A stretch of 64,000 nucleotides of DNA, from assembly GCA_022564635.1 (NCBI GenBank), contig JADFLA010000001.1:7041-71040 (forward strand). The letters run 5' to 3'. Position numbers and translations under genes: made by a program. The stretch comes from Nanobdellota archaeon (GTDB taxonomy: Archaea > Nanobdellota > Nanobdellia > Woesearchaeales > GW2011-AR4). This document shows positions 9,592-19,117 of this stretch, piece by piece; position 1 is the first letter of the stretch, and the number at the start of each line of letters is the position of its first letter. Under the pieces are notes generated by a model. The model did no database searches. It was not told the DNA's origin and worked only from the letters and a program-made list of their open reading frames with translations.

Positions 9592-9861
9592 CTAAATATA
9601 GTAAGATTGGTGTCTACCCCCTACAACCAAAAAAGATAATGAGAAAATAATAATAATCACTCCTATCGATATAATTAATAAAGAATATATTTTATGTTTT
9701 TTCCAAAATTTACTATCCTTTATAAATGTTTGACTTTTTCTCCCTAGCAATAAATTAAGATTTTTTATCTCATCCTTAATACGTCTAATTTCTCTTTCAG
9801 AATAGCGCTTTTCTACTGTTTTTTTTAATTTATTAAAATAATTTTCAGATTCTTGTTCCAT
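9592..9861 (-). CDS. hypothetical tail-anchored small membrane protein
   Basis: charged N-terminal half, single C-terminal TM; 7 nt upstream of 9126..9584 (same strand). Confidence 0.35.
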   Translation of the reverse strand: MEQESENYFNKLKKTVEKRYSEREIRRIKDEIKNLNLLLGRKSQTFIKDSKFWKKHKIYSLLIISIGVIIIIFSLSFLVVGGRHQSYYI

Positions 9862-10051
9862 AAAATAGTTATTTTACGGTTCTAATATATAAAAAATTCT
9901 ATATTTTAATACGATATCTTAACAAAGATTTTGATATTTATTAAATATTATTTAAAAAAGTTCACATAATATCGCAAATTCTATTATCAAATCTCATTAG
10001 CTCTTTGAGCCTTCGCATAATCTATTGAAGACTATACGGCTTCGCTACGAC

Positions 10052-10747
10052 CTAACTTTTCCTAAATTTTCTTGATAAGTACTCAATCAATCTGAATGTA
10101 CGCTCTCCAAATATGGAAGCGGTACCTATAACAATTGCTATAAGCGTAATAATAAGATTCAAAATAGGCAAGTATCCTTTAACAATTAAGTATATGGTGA
10201 AGGATATAAATAAGATTACAAATATACCAATAAACGCTTTAATACGCCCAATTTTATTTAACCATGAAAGAATTATAAAGACCAAAGCGTATAATAAAAA
10301 TGTGTACATTACTCCCCACATAAATGAAGAGAGGAGTGCATCACTTAATGAAGGGGAATTTTGGAAGATTGCGGAATATTCTTCTGAATAGAATAAAACA
10401 ATAATACTAAAAAGCGCATATGTTACAAGAAAAGCTATTGCTATAACGGTCATTTCGCTAGACCAGTGAATAATTGAAATTCTCTCTTGAAATTTTTTTA
10501 ACTGAGATTTTCCTTTTTCATCTTTTGGGAGATATATATCAAATTTGGCGTTATGTTTAGATACCACATTTTGTCTTGTTAAATCATCTAATGCTGTTCT
10601 AAGAATCTTAGGTTTCAAGGATAATTTGTTTCTTATATATTTGAATGAGAATTCTTCTATATTCGAATCTTTTTTAGTTATAAGATCATATAAATGGTTT
10701 CTTACTTTTGCTCTTGTTTCTTCTCTCGTCAATAATTTTTTTGACAT
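10052..10747 (-). CDS. membrane-tethered winged-helix-like protein (N-terminal HTH-like domain fused to 4-5 TM helices)
   Basis: N-terminal 90 aa soluble, helix-rich (…LRTALDDLTRQNVVSKHNAKFDIYLP…), followed by multiple hydrophobic helices. Confidence 0.4.
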   Translation of the reverse strand: MSKKLLTREETRAKVRNHLYDLITKKDSNIEEFSFKYIRNKLSLKPKILRTALDDLTRQNVVSKHNAKFDIYLPKDEKGKSQLKKFQERISIIHWSSEMTVIAIAFLVTYALFSIIVLFYSEEYSAIFQNSPSLSDALLSSFMWGVMYTFLLYALVFIILSWLNKIGRIKAFIGIFVILFISFTIYLIVKGYLPILNLIITLIAIVIGTASIFGERTFRLIEYLSRKFRKS

Positions 10748-10873
10748 TACTTAAAAGGTTACATTGTTATGTTAATAAATATTTGGAAAAAGTCGCATCA
10801 AACATACTAAGCGCAGAAAAAGTGGTAATCCTTCACCCAACACACAAACCAATAATATTTTTTATTTAACATT

Positions 10874-11665
10874 TTAACCAAGCTGTTTTAATAAATCTTC
10901 CATTTCCTCTTGTTGTCTTAATATAGCGTCATTTACAGTAAATGATTTTGTTTTGCTGTCCAATTTATTGAAGTCAGAATCCAATAAATCTATTCTCATA
11001 GTATAATCATCATTCTCTTCAAATATACAACCCATTAGTATAATTTCATCTGTTTTCTTTTCTTTTGATGCAATACTCTCAAAGAGAAAAGCAAAAGTAG
11101 GACTCCCAGCACATATTTCCTTGTTCCCTTGATAGACATACATATCAAACTTGGGACTTATAGTAGTATCGCCGGTATTTGTAACAGTAACTCTGGTAGG
11201 ATAGAGATTTGCTAATTGTATTTGGATTCTATCAATATTCAAAGTAGCACTTTTAATCTTCTGCTTTTTAGGTTCTTCTTTAGGTTGAATCTCTTCCACT
11301 TTGGTTTCTGTTTTAACTTCTTCTATTGGAGTCTGTTCTACTTTTTGAACTTGTTCAGTCGGTTTAACAACAACATCTTTTCCACTAGTTTGAGTCAATG
11401 ATGCACCCACACTAATTAAAATGAGGAACACAATAAATCTTAACCATCCAGTTAAATGAACATTATATTTTTTCTTGATAAAATCTCCAAAGGGAGGTAG
11501 TATAATAATCCCACCAAGTATTATCAGTAATGCACCGATAATATTATCAAATAAACTAGCAGCCCCAGCAAGAATAAAAAGAATACCAACTATCCAAGAG
11601 AGTATAAATAGAACTCCAATTTTTCTTACCTCTTTTGTCATTGAACCACCCTCAATCATTGACAA
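10874..11665 (-). CDS. hypothetical membrane protein with extracellular C-terminal domain
   Basis: three N-terminal TM helices, K/E/P-rich linker, beta-rich C-terminal domain. Confidence 0.4.
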   Translation of the reverse strand: MSMIEGGSMTKEVRKIGVLFILSWIVGILFILAGAASLFDNIIGALLIILGGIIILPPFGDFIKKKYNVHLTGWLRFIVFLILISVGASLTQTSGKDVVVKPTEQVQKVEQTPIEEVKTETKVEEIQPKEEPKKQKIKSATLNIDRIQIQLANLYPTRVTVTNTGDTTISPKFDMYVYQGNKEICAGSPTFAFLFESIASKEKKTDEIILMGCIFEENDDYTMRIDLLDSDFNKLDSKTKSFTVNDAILRQQEEMEDLLKQLG

Positions 11666-11762
11666 AGTCTCTACTTTAATATATAAAGATTTCTTTTTAT
11701 ATTCGTTTGATACTGCCAGAAAGAATATATTTATAAGTCCTAGGTTTTTAATCTAACACCTA

Positions 11763-12101
11763 ATGAATACAACAAAAATAATAGAATCTGTTAGCATTCA
11801 AAGATTTAAGGATATATTGTCTAAATATAAATCGAAGATTAAAGTGGGTCCTCATGCTCTTGACCATTTAAGCGATTCTCAAAGAAAAGTATTTAAAGAA
11901 GAAGATTTGATAAATATATTATTAAGAGAAACTCCAAGAGGTATCGGATTGCAGCGAAATGGGAGATATGCTGTCTTTTTTCGCAGGAAAGAAGGCTTTT
12001 TAAGGATAATATTTGAAGTCAAAAAAGACAGATTGGTGATAATAACTTTTATAAATACAGACTATATGCCTAATCTAAAACTGTTAGGAGATAAAAAATG
12101 A
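11763..12101 (+). CDS. DUF4258-family protein (putative toxin of DUF4258/DUF2283 pair)
   Basis: VGPHALDHLSDSQRKVFKEEDLINIL matches the HAleRm..Rgis.eev core of DUF4258; 4-nt overlap (ATGA) with downstream partner. Confidence 0.55.
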   Translation: MNTTKIIESVSIQRFKDILSKYKSKIKVGPHALDHLSDSQRKVFKEEDLINILLRETPRGIGLQRNGRYAVFFRRKEGFLRIIFEVKKDRLVIITFINTDYMPNLKLLGDKK

Positions 12102-12484
12102 AAGGAAGACATCTTGAAGCAAAAGGAAAAGGAGAATATACTTATGATTATGCGAATGATATGCTTCTATTTAAGATTAAAAATAGAGATTATTTGAAAT
12201 CGTTAGATTTTGATAATCTTATTGTTGATATAGATAAGGAAGGTTTTATTACTGGATTACGTATTTTTGATGCTTCTAAGATATTTAACATACCTAAACT
12301 CGCACTAAAAAATATCAAATCGTGGAGATTTAATGCAAGCATTGAGGACAAAAAAGTCACAATACAATTAGAATTTATACCAATATTAAGAAATAAACCA
12401 TTAATTAAACAAGGACAAAATCTAGTTAGAGAAGCTATTGGCTCAAAAGTTAGTAATTCTGAAGTGCTTTGTACTGTCGCATAA
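12098..12484 (+). CDS. DUF2283-family protein (putative antitoxin partner)
   Basis: YTYDYANDMLLFKI...IVDIDKEGFITGLRIFDASK matches DUF2283 pattern (YDxExDxLyi.l....iD.D.dG.ivGiEil.AS). Confidence 0.6.
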   Translation: MKGRHLEAKGKGEYTYDYANDMLLFKIKNRDYLKSLDFDNLIVDIDKEGFITGLRIFDASKIFNIPKLALKNIKSWRFNASIEDKKVTIQLEFIPILRNKPLIKQGQNLVREAIGSKVSNSEVLCTVA

Positions 12485-12674
12485 CTTTTTGTTAATTGTT
12501 AATTTACTTCTATTAAAGAAAAAAGTACATCCCTCATAAAATAAAAACTGTGACGAGAAAAAAACTATTCTTCAGTTCGCAATCTTTTCCATATAGAAAA
12601 CAATTACCGCCTATTTGAAAAATACGTTCATAAAATCACAAATTATTTATAGGTAAAGCTCTATTATCTATGTT

Positions 12675-12827
12675 ATGGAAACAATAACATTGCCTAAAAC
12701 AGAATTTGAACAGATGCATAGAGAAATAGAAACATTAAGAAATTCAGACCTATACAAAAGACTCTTGGAATTTGAAAAAAATATCGCTGAAGGAAAAAGA
12801 TTTGCCAGAGCAGATTTAGGATTTTAA
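12675..12827 (+). CDS. small (50 aa) antitoxin-like ORF (ITLPKTEFEQMHREIETLRN...)
   Basis: leaderless-type context: TATA-like ttatttata ~26 nt upstream; sequence resembles Phd/RelB-type antitoxin N-termini; converges on and overlaps RelE pseudogene end. Confidence 0.3.
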   Translation: METITLPKTEFEQMHREIETLRNSDLYKRLLEFEKNIAEGKRFARADLGF

Positions 12828-13138
12828 ACCTTTGGCTTTTTGTTTTACTTTTTCTATGGTTGCTTTTTGCTTTTCTGGGCTTGTTTTCATCTCAAATTCA
12901 AATACATAGATTTCATTTGTTTGTTGATTGTGCTTAAAATATAACCTAATAGGTGGATGTTTGTTTTTCACTTCATAAATGAAAAGTTGAGAATCAAGAA
13001 GATTGCCAGCATCTGGCCCTAAAAATTCTAATTATCCGGCATTTTAGTTAGAATTATTTTAATATTTTGATTTTTGGCAGCTCTCTTTAGCTGTTTAATC
13101 ATAATATCATCAAAAACAAGATTATAGTGCTTCTCCAT
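12816..13138 (-). pseudogene. RelE/ParE-family toxin gene interrupted by a -1 frameshift
   Basis: N-terminal frame MEKHYNLVFDDIMIKQLKRAAKNQNIKIILTKM then stop; continues in another frame as LEFLGPDAGNLLDSQLFIYEVKNKHPPIRLYFKHNQQTNEIYVFEFEM (RelE fold); shift lies in a short A-run near 13028-13037. Confidence 0.55.
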
Positions 13139-13409
13139 ATGATAATAATTTGAAAGATTCTATTTAAAGATAACGATTTAAGCCTCCAACTCCCTAAACT
13201 GCTCCGCAGAAATCTATTACCGTGCCTCGGTCGTCTTGCTCTATAACGTTAGGCGTCCTTTTTCCTCATTAAAATTATCAATCATCCATTTCATTGTTAA
13301 ATCTTTTCTATATTGAAAATAAATAACAAAAACCACAAATTATTTATATAAACGCAACTTTTTTTGATAATGCAACTAACAAATATTTCTAATAAAGCTT
13401 TTTTAGAGG

Positions 13410-15137
13410 ATGGTATCTATGACTAAGTTTATTGTAGTAGCTGGAGGCGTTATGTCCGGAGTAGGAAAAGGTGTTACAACAGCTTCTATTGCAAGAATAT
13501 TAATGGAATATGGCTACAATGTAGCACCTATAAAAATAGACCCATACATTAATTATGATGCAGGAACCTTAAGGCCGACAGAGCATGGCGAGGTATGGGT
13601 TACCGATGACGGTGGAGAGATTGACCAGGATTTAGGTACATATGAAAGATTTCTTGATATTAACATACCAAAGAACAACAACATAACAACCGGACAGATA
13701 TACAAAACAATAATTGATAGGGAAAGAAAAGGTAAATATTTAGGACAAACAGTCCAGTTCATCCCGCATGTTCCTGATGAAATAAAGAGAAGAATAAGGG
13801 AAGCAGGAAAAGATAATGATATTGTTATTGTCGAAATTGGTGGAACAATAGGAGATTATGAAAACATACCCTACCTGTTTGCAATGAAAAGCTTAGAGAG
13901 AGAAATCGGTAAGGAAAATGTAGTTTATGTTTTAGTCACTTACTTGCCCATACCATCCCACATAGAAGAGATGAAAACCAAGCCAACACAACAAGCCATT
14001 AGATTATTAGGAGAGACCGGTATTTTCCCGGATTTCATTATTTGCAGGGCAAAGATAGCATTAGATAAGATCAGAAAGAAAAAAATAGAAACATACGCAA
14101 ACATTCCCTCTACACATGTAATTTCCGAACCAGATATAGACACTGTTTATTCTATTCCGCTAGATTTAGAAAAGGAGCAATTGGGATTAAAGATCTTGAA
14201 TGAGTTAAAGCTAAAGCCAAAAAAGCATTCAAACTGGAATGATTGGAAAAATCTTGTCAATAAAATAAAACATCCTAAGAAACATGTTAAGGTTGCTATT
14301 GTTGGAAAATATATTGATATTGGTGACTATAATTTAGCGGATAGCTATGTGAGCATCAACCAGTCATTGCTGCATGCAGGTGCTGCATTAAATGTTGGTG
14401 TTGACATTAACTGGTTAGATGCAAAAATATTTGAAAATAGCCCCAAAAAAATTAATGATTTAAAAAAATTCAACGGAATTATTGTTCCCGGAGGTTTCGG
14501 TTCCTCAGGTGTGGAGGGAAAAATAAAAGCAATTAATTTTTCAAGATTAAATAACAAACCTTATCTTGGATTGTGTTATGGTTTACAACTAGCTATTGTT
14601 GAATATGCAAGGAATGTCTGCAAAATGGGCAATGCCAATACAACCGAGAATAATGAAAAAACAAAATTTCCTGTAATTGATATATTGCCGACACAAAAGG
14701 AGATTATGGAGAAAAGCGATTATGGTGCTACTATGCGTTTAGGTGCTTACGCAGCTGTCTTAAAAGAAAATAGCAAGGTCTTGAAATTATATAAGGAAAC
14801 TAACAGATTAAAAGAAGATATGAAAATGATTGAAAAGTTAAAAAAAGACAAAAGCCAGAAATTTAGATTAGGTATCTTAAACAAAAGCAAAAATATTGTT
14901 TTAGAGCGGCATAGGCATAGATATGAAGTAAATCCAAAATTTGTTGATCAACTAGAAAAGAAGGGTTTAGTATTTTCAGGCTATCATCTAAGGGAAGATA
15001 ATACAAAATTGATGGAGTATATTGAGTTGCCTAACCACAAAAGCTTTATTTCAACCCAAGCGCACCCAGAATTTAAGAGTCGTCTAGGAAATCCTTCTCC
15101 ACTATTTTATGGTTTTGTTAAGGCTTGTGCGAAATAA
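13410..15137 (+). CDS. pyrG: CTP synthase
   Basis: GGVMSGVGKGV, YINYDAGTLRPTEHGEVWVTDDGGEIDQDLGTYERFL, glutaminase GLCYGLQ and HRHRYEVN motifs; true start may be ATG 13419; ~30-aa K/E-rich insertion before HRHRYE. Confidence 0.9.
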   Translation: MVSMTKFIVVAGGVMSGVGKGVTTASIARILMEYGYNVAPIKIDPYINYDAGTLRPTEHGEVWVTDDGGEIDQDLGTYERFLDINIPKNNNITTGQIYKTIIDRERKGKYLGQTVQFIPHVPDEIKRRIREAGKDNDIVIVEIGGTIGDYENIPYLFAMKSLEREIGKENVVYVLVTYLPIPSHIEEMKTKPTQQAIRLLGETGIFPDFIICRAKIALDKIRKKKIETYANIPSTHVISEPDIDTVYSIPLDLEKEQLGLKILNELKLKPKKHSNWNDWKNLVNKIKHPKKHVKVAIVGKYIDIGDYNLADSYVSINQSLLHAGAALNVGVDINWLDAKIFENSPKKINDLKKFNGIIVPGGFGSSGVEGKIKAINFSRLNNKPYLGLCYGLQLAIVEYARNVCKMGNANTTENNEKTKFPVIDILPTQKEIMEKSDYGATMRLGAYAAVLKENSKVLKLYKETNRLKEDMKMIEKLKKDKSQKFRLGILNKSKNIVLERHRHRYEVNPKFVDQLEKKGLVFSGYHLREDNTKLMEYIELPNHKSFISTQAHPEFKSRLGNPSPLFYGFVKACAK

Positions 15138-15467
15138 TCAAACAGTTACTTTAACTTTACGTTTTCCTGCTTTATTTCTTAGTTCTTCAAGAATTAGCAT
15201 GTCATCTATTTCCATTAATTTCTTAATTTTAGGATTTTCAATATTTAATTTATATAATTTTGATTTACCAATCGTTCTAGTGGGCATTATCATTTTATTT
15301 TTGATTAATTGGTCCCAAATTCTGTACAATGTTGCCCTCCCTATTCCCGCGTTCCTGGCCATGTCGGATATTGAGAAATCTAGTTCACGTTCTGTTAATA
15401 AGTAATCCAATACTTTTATTGATGGAGAGTCTCCAAGCAATTCAATGAATAAAGATTTTTTTGTCAT
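15138..15467 (-). CDS. winged-helix transcription regulator (paralogue of 57767..58099)
   Basis: LGDSPSIKVLDYLL...DFSISDMARNAGIGRATLYRIW...TRTIGKSKLYKLNIENP; ~35% identical and collinear with 57767..58099. Confidence 0.6.
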   Translation of the reverse strand: MTKKSLFIELLGDSPSIKVLDYLLTERELDFSISDMARNAGIGRATLYRIWDQLIKNKMIMPTRTIGKSKLYKLNIENPKIKKLMEIDDMLILEELRNKAGKRKVKVTV

Positions 15468-15602
15468 TTTTTACTATGTCATACTAGTTTATACTATTAT
15501 ATATCACTATATACCACGATATATATAAATCTTCCTATTTTGAGACAATGTTGTATCAAAAAGCAAAACATTTAAATAGGTCAATGACGCTAATTTTTAT
15601 TT

Positions 15603-15872
15603 ATGTTGTCAAAACTGGATATTAAAGCAAGAATAATAAGAAAACTTGTAAGATGGCAGAAATGGGGTGGAGCTCATACTGAAAATATTCTGAAAGGGCT
15701 GCCTTCTCATTTAATAGGAGATAAAAACACTAAGAAAGCTTTAAAGGAACTAGAAAAAGACAAATGGATTATTCCAGCAAAGAAAACAGGAGAAATTCAT
15801 TATTCATTAAATCCAGAAAAAGCTGATGAAATATTGCAATTTTATGAAAAATACTGTAAAACTGCAGATTAA
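15603..15872 (+). CDS. small wHTH-like protein, divergent partner of regulator (paralogue of 57432..57698)
   Basis: IKARIIRKLVRW...HTENILKGL...TKKALKELEKDKWIIPAKKTGEIHYSLNPEK collinear with 57432..57698 product. Confidence 0.45.
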   Translation: MLSKLDIKARIIRKLVRWQKWGGAHTENILKGLPSHLIGDKNTKKALKELEKDKWIIPAKKTGEIHYSLNPEKADEILQFYEKYCKTAD

Positions 15873-15935
15873 TACTTTCCATAGTATCTAAATCCATAAT
15901 CTTTATAAAAACCCTATTTTTCTTCTAAACTTGTT

Positions 15936-17012
15936 ATGGAAGACAATAAACCAGAAGAGCAATCATCAGAGAGTTCTGCTGAGGGCCAGGAAAGTACACA
16001 GGAAAGCAATACAACAGAAACTAATACTTCTGAAGAAAACAAAGACATTGAAGAAAATAAAAAAGAACCCTTTAAAATAAAATTTCCCAGTTTTAAATTA
16101 AATTTATCCAAAATTAAAAATATATATGAAACCCAATACAAAAAACTCTTGATACTGCCTATTTCTCTTTTATTGATAGCAATATTATTGATTGGATTTA
16201 GTGTAGCAACAACAGGAGATTTTATTCAAAGAGATGTAAGCCTTAAAGGTGGTGTTACAGTAACAATCCCTTCAACGCAACAAATAGATATTTCACAATT
16301 AAAAAATGCTATTTCTCAAAAATTTCCTCAAAATGATATATCAACAAAATCATTAAGCAAGTTTGGATCTCAAGTAGGTGTTATTGTAGAAGCGGATATT
16401 ACACAAGCAGAAGTAAACAATTTAATAGAAGAAATAGGCGAAGCCTTAAACCTAAAACTGACAACTATTGATTACTCTATTCAAATAGTGGGCTCTAGTT
16501 TGGGAGCTTCTTTTTTCAAAGAGATAGTTGTAGCATTGCTAATAGCATTCTTGTTAATGGCATTAGTTGTTTTTATTTATTTTAGAACAATAATCCCATC
16601 AGCAGCTGTTGTCCTAGCAGTTTTCTCTGATATCCTGATAACATTAGCAATAGTTAATCTGTTGGGATTAAGGATAAGCTCAGCAGGCATAGCTGCTTTC
16701 TTGATGTTGATAGGTTACTCTGTTGATACAAATATTTTGCTCTCTACTAGAGTTCTAAAAAGAAAAGAGGGAACAGAAAACGAGAGGTTTTACGGTGCTT
16801 TGAAGACTGGATTAATGATGTCTTCCACAACCTTAATTGCAGTAACTACTGCATTAATATTTACCCAGTCAGAAATAATTAAACAAATTATGATAATTTT
16901 GTTGATTGGATTATTAATTGATTTGATTAATACCTGGATACAGAATGTTGCAATTTTAAGGTTATATTTAGCAAGAAAAGCGAGAAAGGCAATGGGGGAT
17001 GTGCCAACTTAG
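15936..17012 (+). CDS. secF: protein-export membrane protein SecF (with unusual acidic low-complexity N-terminal extension)
   Basis: TM1, ~110-aa periplasmic loop, 5 C-terminal TMs with SecDF signature; archaeal secF-secD order. Confidence 0.8.
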   Translation: MEDNKPEEQSSESSAEGQESTQESNTTETNTSEENKDIEENKKEPFKIKFPSFKLNLSKIKNIYETQYKKLLILPISLLLIAILLIGFSVATTGDFIQRDVSLKGGVTVTIPSTQQIDISQLKNAISQKFPQNDISTKSLSKFGSQVGVIVEADITQAEVNNLIEEIGEALNLKLTTIDYSIQIVGSSLGASFFKEIVVALLIAFLLMALVVFIYFRTIIPSAAVVLAVFSDILITLAIVNLLGLRISSAGIAAFLMLIGYSVDTNILLSTRVLKRKEGTENERFYGALKTGLMMSSTTLIAVTTALIFTQSEIIKQIMIILLIGLLIDLINTWIQNVAILRLYLARKARKAMGDVPT

Positions 17013-17024
17013 GAGAATATTACA

Positions 17025-18770
17025 ATGAACTACAAATTCAAAAAAATAATTACAAATGTACGAGTAATAATTTTGCTGGTTTTCTTAGTTTTGGCTATAG
17101 TTGCCATAAGCCCAAGGCCCGGAATAGAAGGCGTTATAATAGGAAATATAATAACCAACAGCAGTGCATCTGAAGCCGGTATACAACAGCCAGCACCAAC
17201 CACAAGACCAGTAAACAGAGAAAGAATTTTAGAAATTGATAACAAACCTGTAAAAAATGTAGTGGATTATTATAAATATATAAGCCCATTAGATCCCAAT
17301 CAGTCTGTTCAGATAAAGACAAACAGAGCTCTGTACAGGCTAACAACAAGGGAAGATATAGAAATAATAGAATTAAATGAAACTATAACAAAAACAATAG
17401 AAGAAATCATAACTGTAAATGAAACAGTAAATGGAACTATAGTTGAGAAAAACAAGACAATAAAGAAAATAATTGAAGTTCCGAAAACAAAAAAAATAAG
17501 CAAAGGAACACAAGATATTGGAATTAAGGTTTTTAATGCTCCCAGGACAAACATAAAGAAAGGCCTTGACCTGCAGGGTGGTACCAGAGTTCTTTTACAG
17601 CCAGAAACACTATTGCTTCCACAAGATCTGCAAACTTTAATTGACACTATGAAGCAAAGGCTTAATGTTTATGGTTTATCCGATCTAATTATAAGGGATG
17701 CATCTGACTTATCAGGAAATCAATATATTTTAGTAGAGATAGCAGGGGCTAATGAAGAGGAAATAAGGAATTTATTAGCAAGGCAAGGAAAATTTGAAGC
17801 AAAAATAGCTAATCAAACTGTTTTTGTTGGTGGCAAAGACATACTTTTTGTTTGTAGAAGTGCAGATTGTGCTGGAATAGATCCTAATGTAGGTTGCTCT
17901 TCATCCCGCGGACAAACAACATGTGGTTTTAGATTTTCAATTACTTTATCACAAGAAGCAGCGCAGAAACATGCTGATGTGACAAGAGATTTACCAATAA
18001 TAGGAGGCGATGGAACAGGACGAGTAAGTTCAAGAAGCTCTGGTTATTTATCAGAGCCCTTAGAACTGTACCTTGATAATGTAAAGGTAGATGAGCTTAG
18101 TATAGGTGCAAGCTTAAAGGGCAGTGTAACAACACAAATACAGATATCAGGATCCGGTACAGGTTTCTCTCAACAAGAAGCAGTTCTTAATACATTAAAT
18201 AATATGAAAAGACTGCAAACAGTTCTAATCACAGGATCACTGCCTGTTAAATTGAATATAGTTAAGATAGATGCCATAAGCCCTTTCCTTGGAGAAGAAT
18301 TTTTAAAAAATGCATTGTTTGTAGGATTGCTTGCTTTAATTTCCGTTGGTATTGTTGTATTTATAAGATATAGAAAGCTGCAGGTAGCTATACCCATGGT
18401 TTTAATGTCCATATCAGAGGTTATACTTTTATTGGGAGTTGCAGCTGTGATAGGCTGGAATATTGACCTAGCGGCAGTTGCAGGAATTATAATAGCAGTA
18501 GGTATTGGTATAGACCACCAAATTATTATAGCGGATGAGACTTTAAGGGGCAAGGAAGTAATATACGATTGGAAGCAAAGAATAAAAAATGCTTTTTTCA
18601 TCATAATGGCATCCTACTTTACTGTTCTTGTAGCCTTAATACCCTTAATATTCGCAGGAGCCGGTTTGTTAAAGGGCTTTGCAATAACAACAATTTTAGG
18701 GGCATCCATAGGAGTTTTCATCTCCCGTCCAGTATTTGCAAAAGTTATCGAGATTTTAATAAGGGAATAA
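17025..18770 (+). CDS. secD: protein-export membrane protein SecD
   Basis: TM1, large periplasmic domain, 5 C-terminal TMs (…LISVGIVVFIRYRKL…GIDHQIII…); SD AGGAG upstream. Confidence 0.8.
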   Translation: MNYKFKKIITNVRVIILLVFLVLAIVAISPRPGIEGVIIGNIITNSSASEAGIQQPAPTTRPVNRERILEIDNKPVKNVVDYYKYISPLDPNQSVQIKTNRALYRLTTREDIEIIELNETITKTIEEIITVNETVNGTIVEKNKTIKKIIEVPKTKKISKGTQDIGIKVFNAPRTNIKKGLDLQGGTRVLLQPETLLLPQDLQTLIDTMKQRLNVYGLSDLIIRDASDLSGNQYILVEIAGANEEEIRNLLARQGKFEAKIANQTVFVGGKDILFVCRSADCAGIDPNVGCSSSRGQTTCGFRFSITLSQEAAQKHADVTRDLPIIGGDGTGRVSSRSSGYLSEPLELYLDNVKVDELSIGASLKGSVTTQIQISGSGTGFSQQEAVLNTLNNMKRLQTVLITGSLPVKLNIVKIDAISPFLGEEFLKNALFVGLLALISVGIVVFIRYRKLQVAIPMVLMSISEVILLLGVAAVIGWNIDLAAVAGIIIAVGIGIDHQIIIADETLRGKEVIYDWKQRIKNAFFIIMASYFTVLVALIPLIFAGAGLLKGFAITTILGASIGVFISRPVFAKVIEILIRE

Positions 18771-19117
18771 TTTAAAATAAAGCATAAATCTTAAAAAACA
18801 ATAAAGTTCAGAACTGCATTCATAATTAATTCATTAATATTTTAGTTAAATACTATAAAAAATCAAAAAGCAATAAAATAAGAAAATAATAATTCGGTGT
18901 TTTGCTAGTGAATTGCTGCGAACTTGTGAGCAGACGCTTGCAGTACAATAATGCAAAACACCACCTTAAGATTGGTTGTTAAAGATACGAAATAAGATGA
19001 AATTTTCCTTTAAGAAGTTATGAGAGAAAATTTTCGAATTATTAAAAATAAATTTCATTGTTAAAAAGATATAAAAGGTGAAATTAAAAAACATCTGAAC
19101 AAATAATTGTGAACACA

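Noticed and set aside
17030-18775. Short ORFs inside secF/secD on either strand (17030..17245, 17134..17349, 17309..17647, 18170..18604, 18569..18775)
   Set aside because: They are embedded in strongly supported Sec genes. Their hydrophobic junk translations are typical of antisense to TM-coding DNA.
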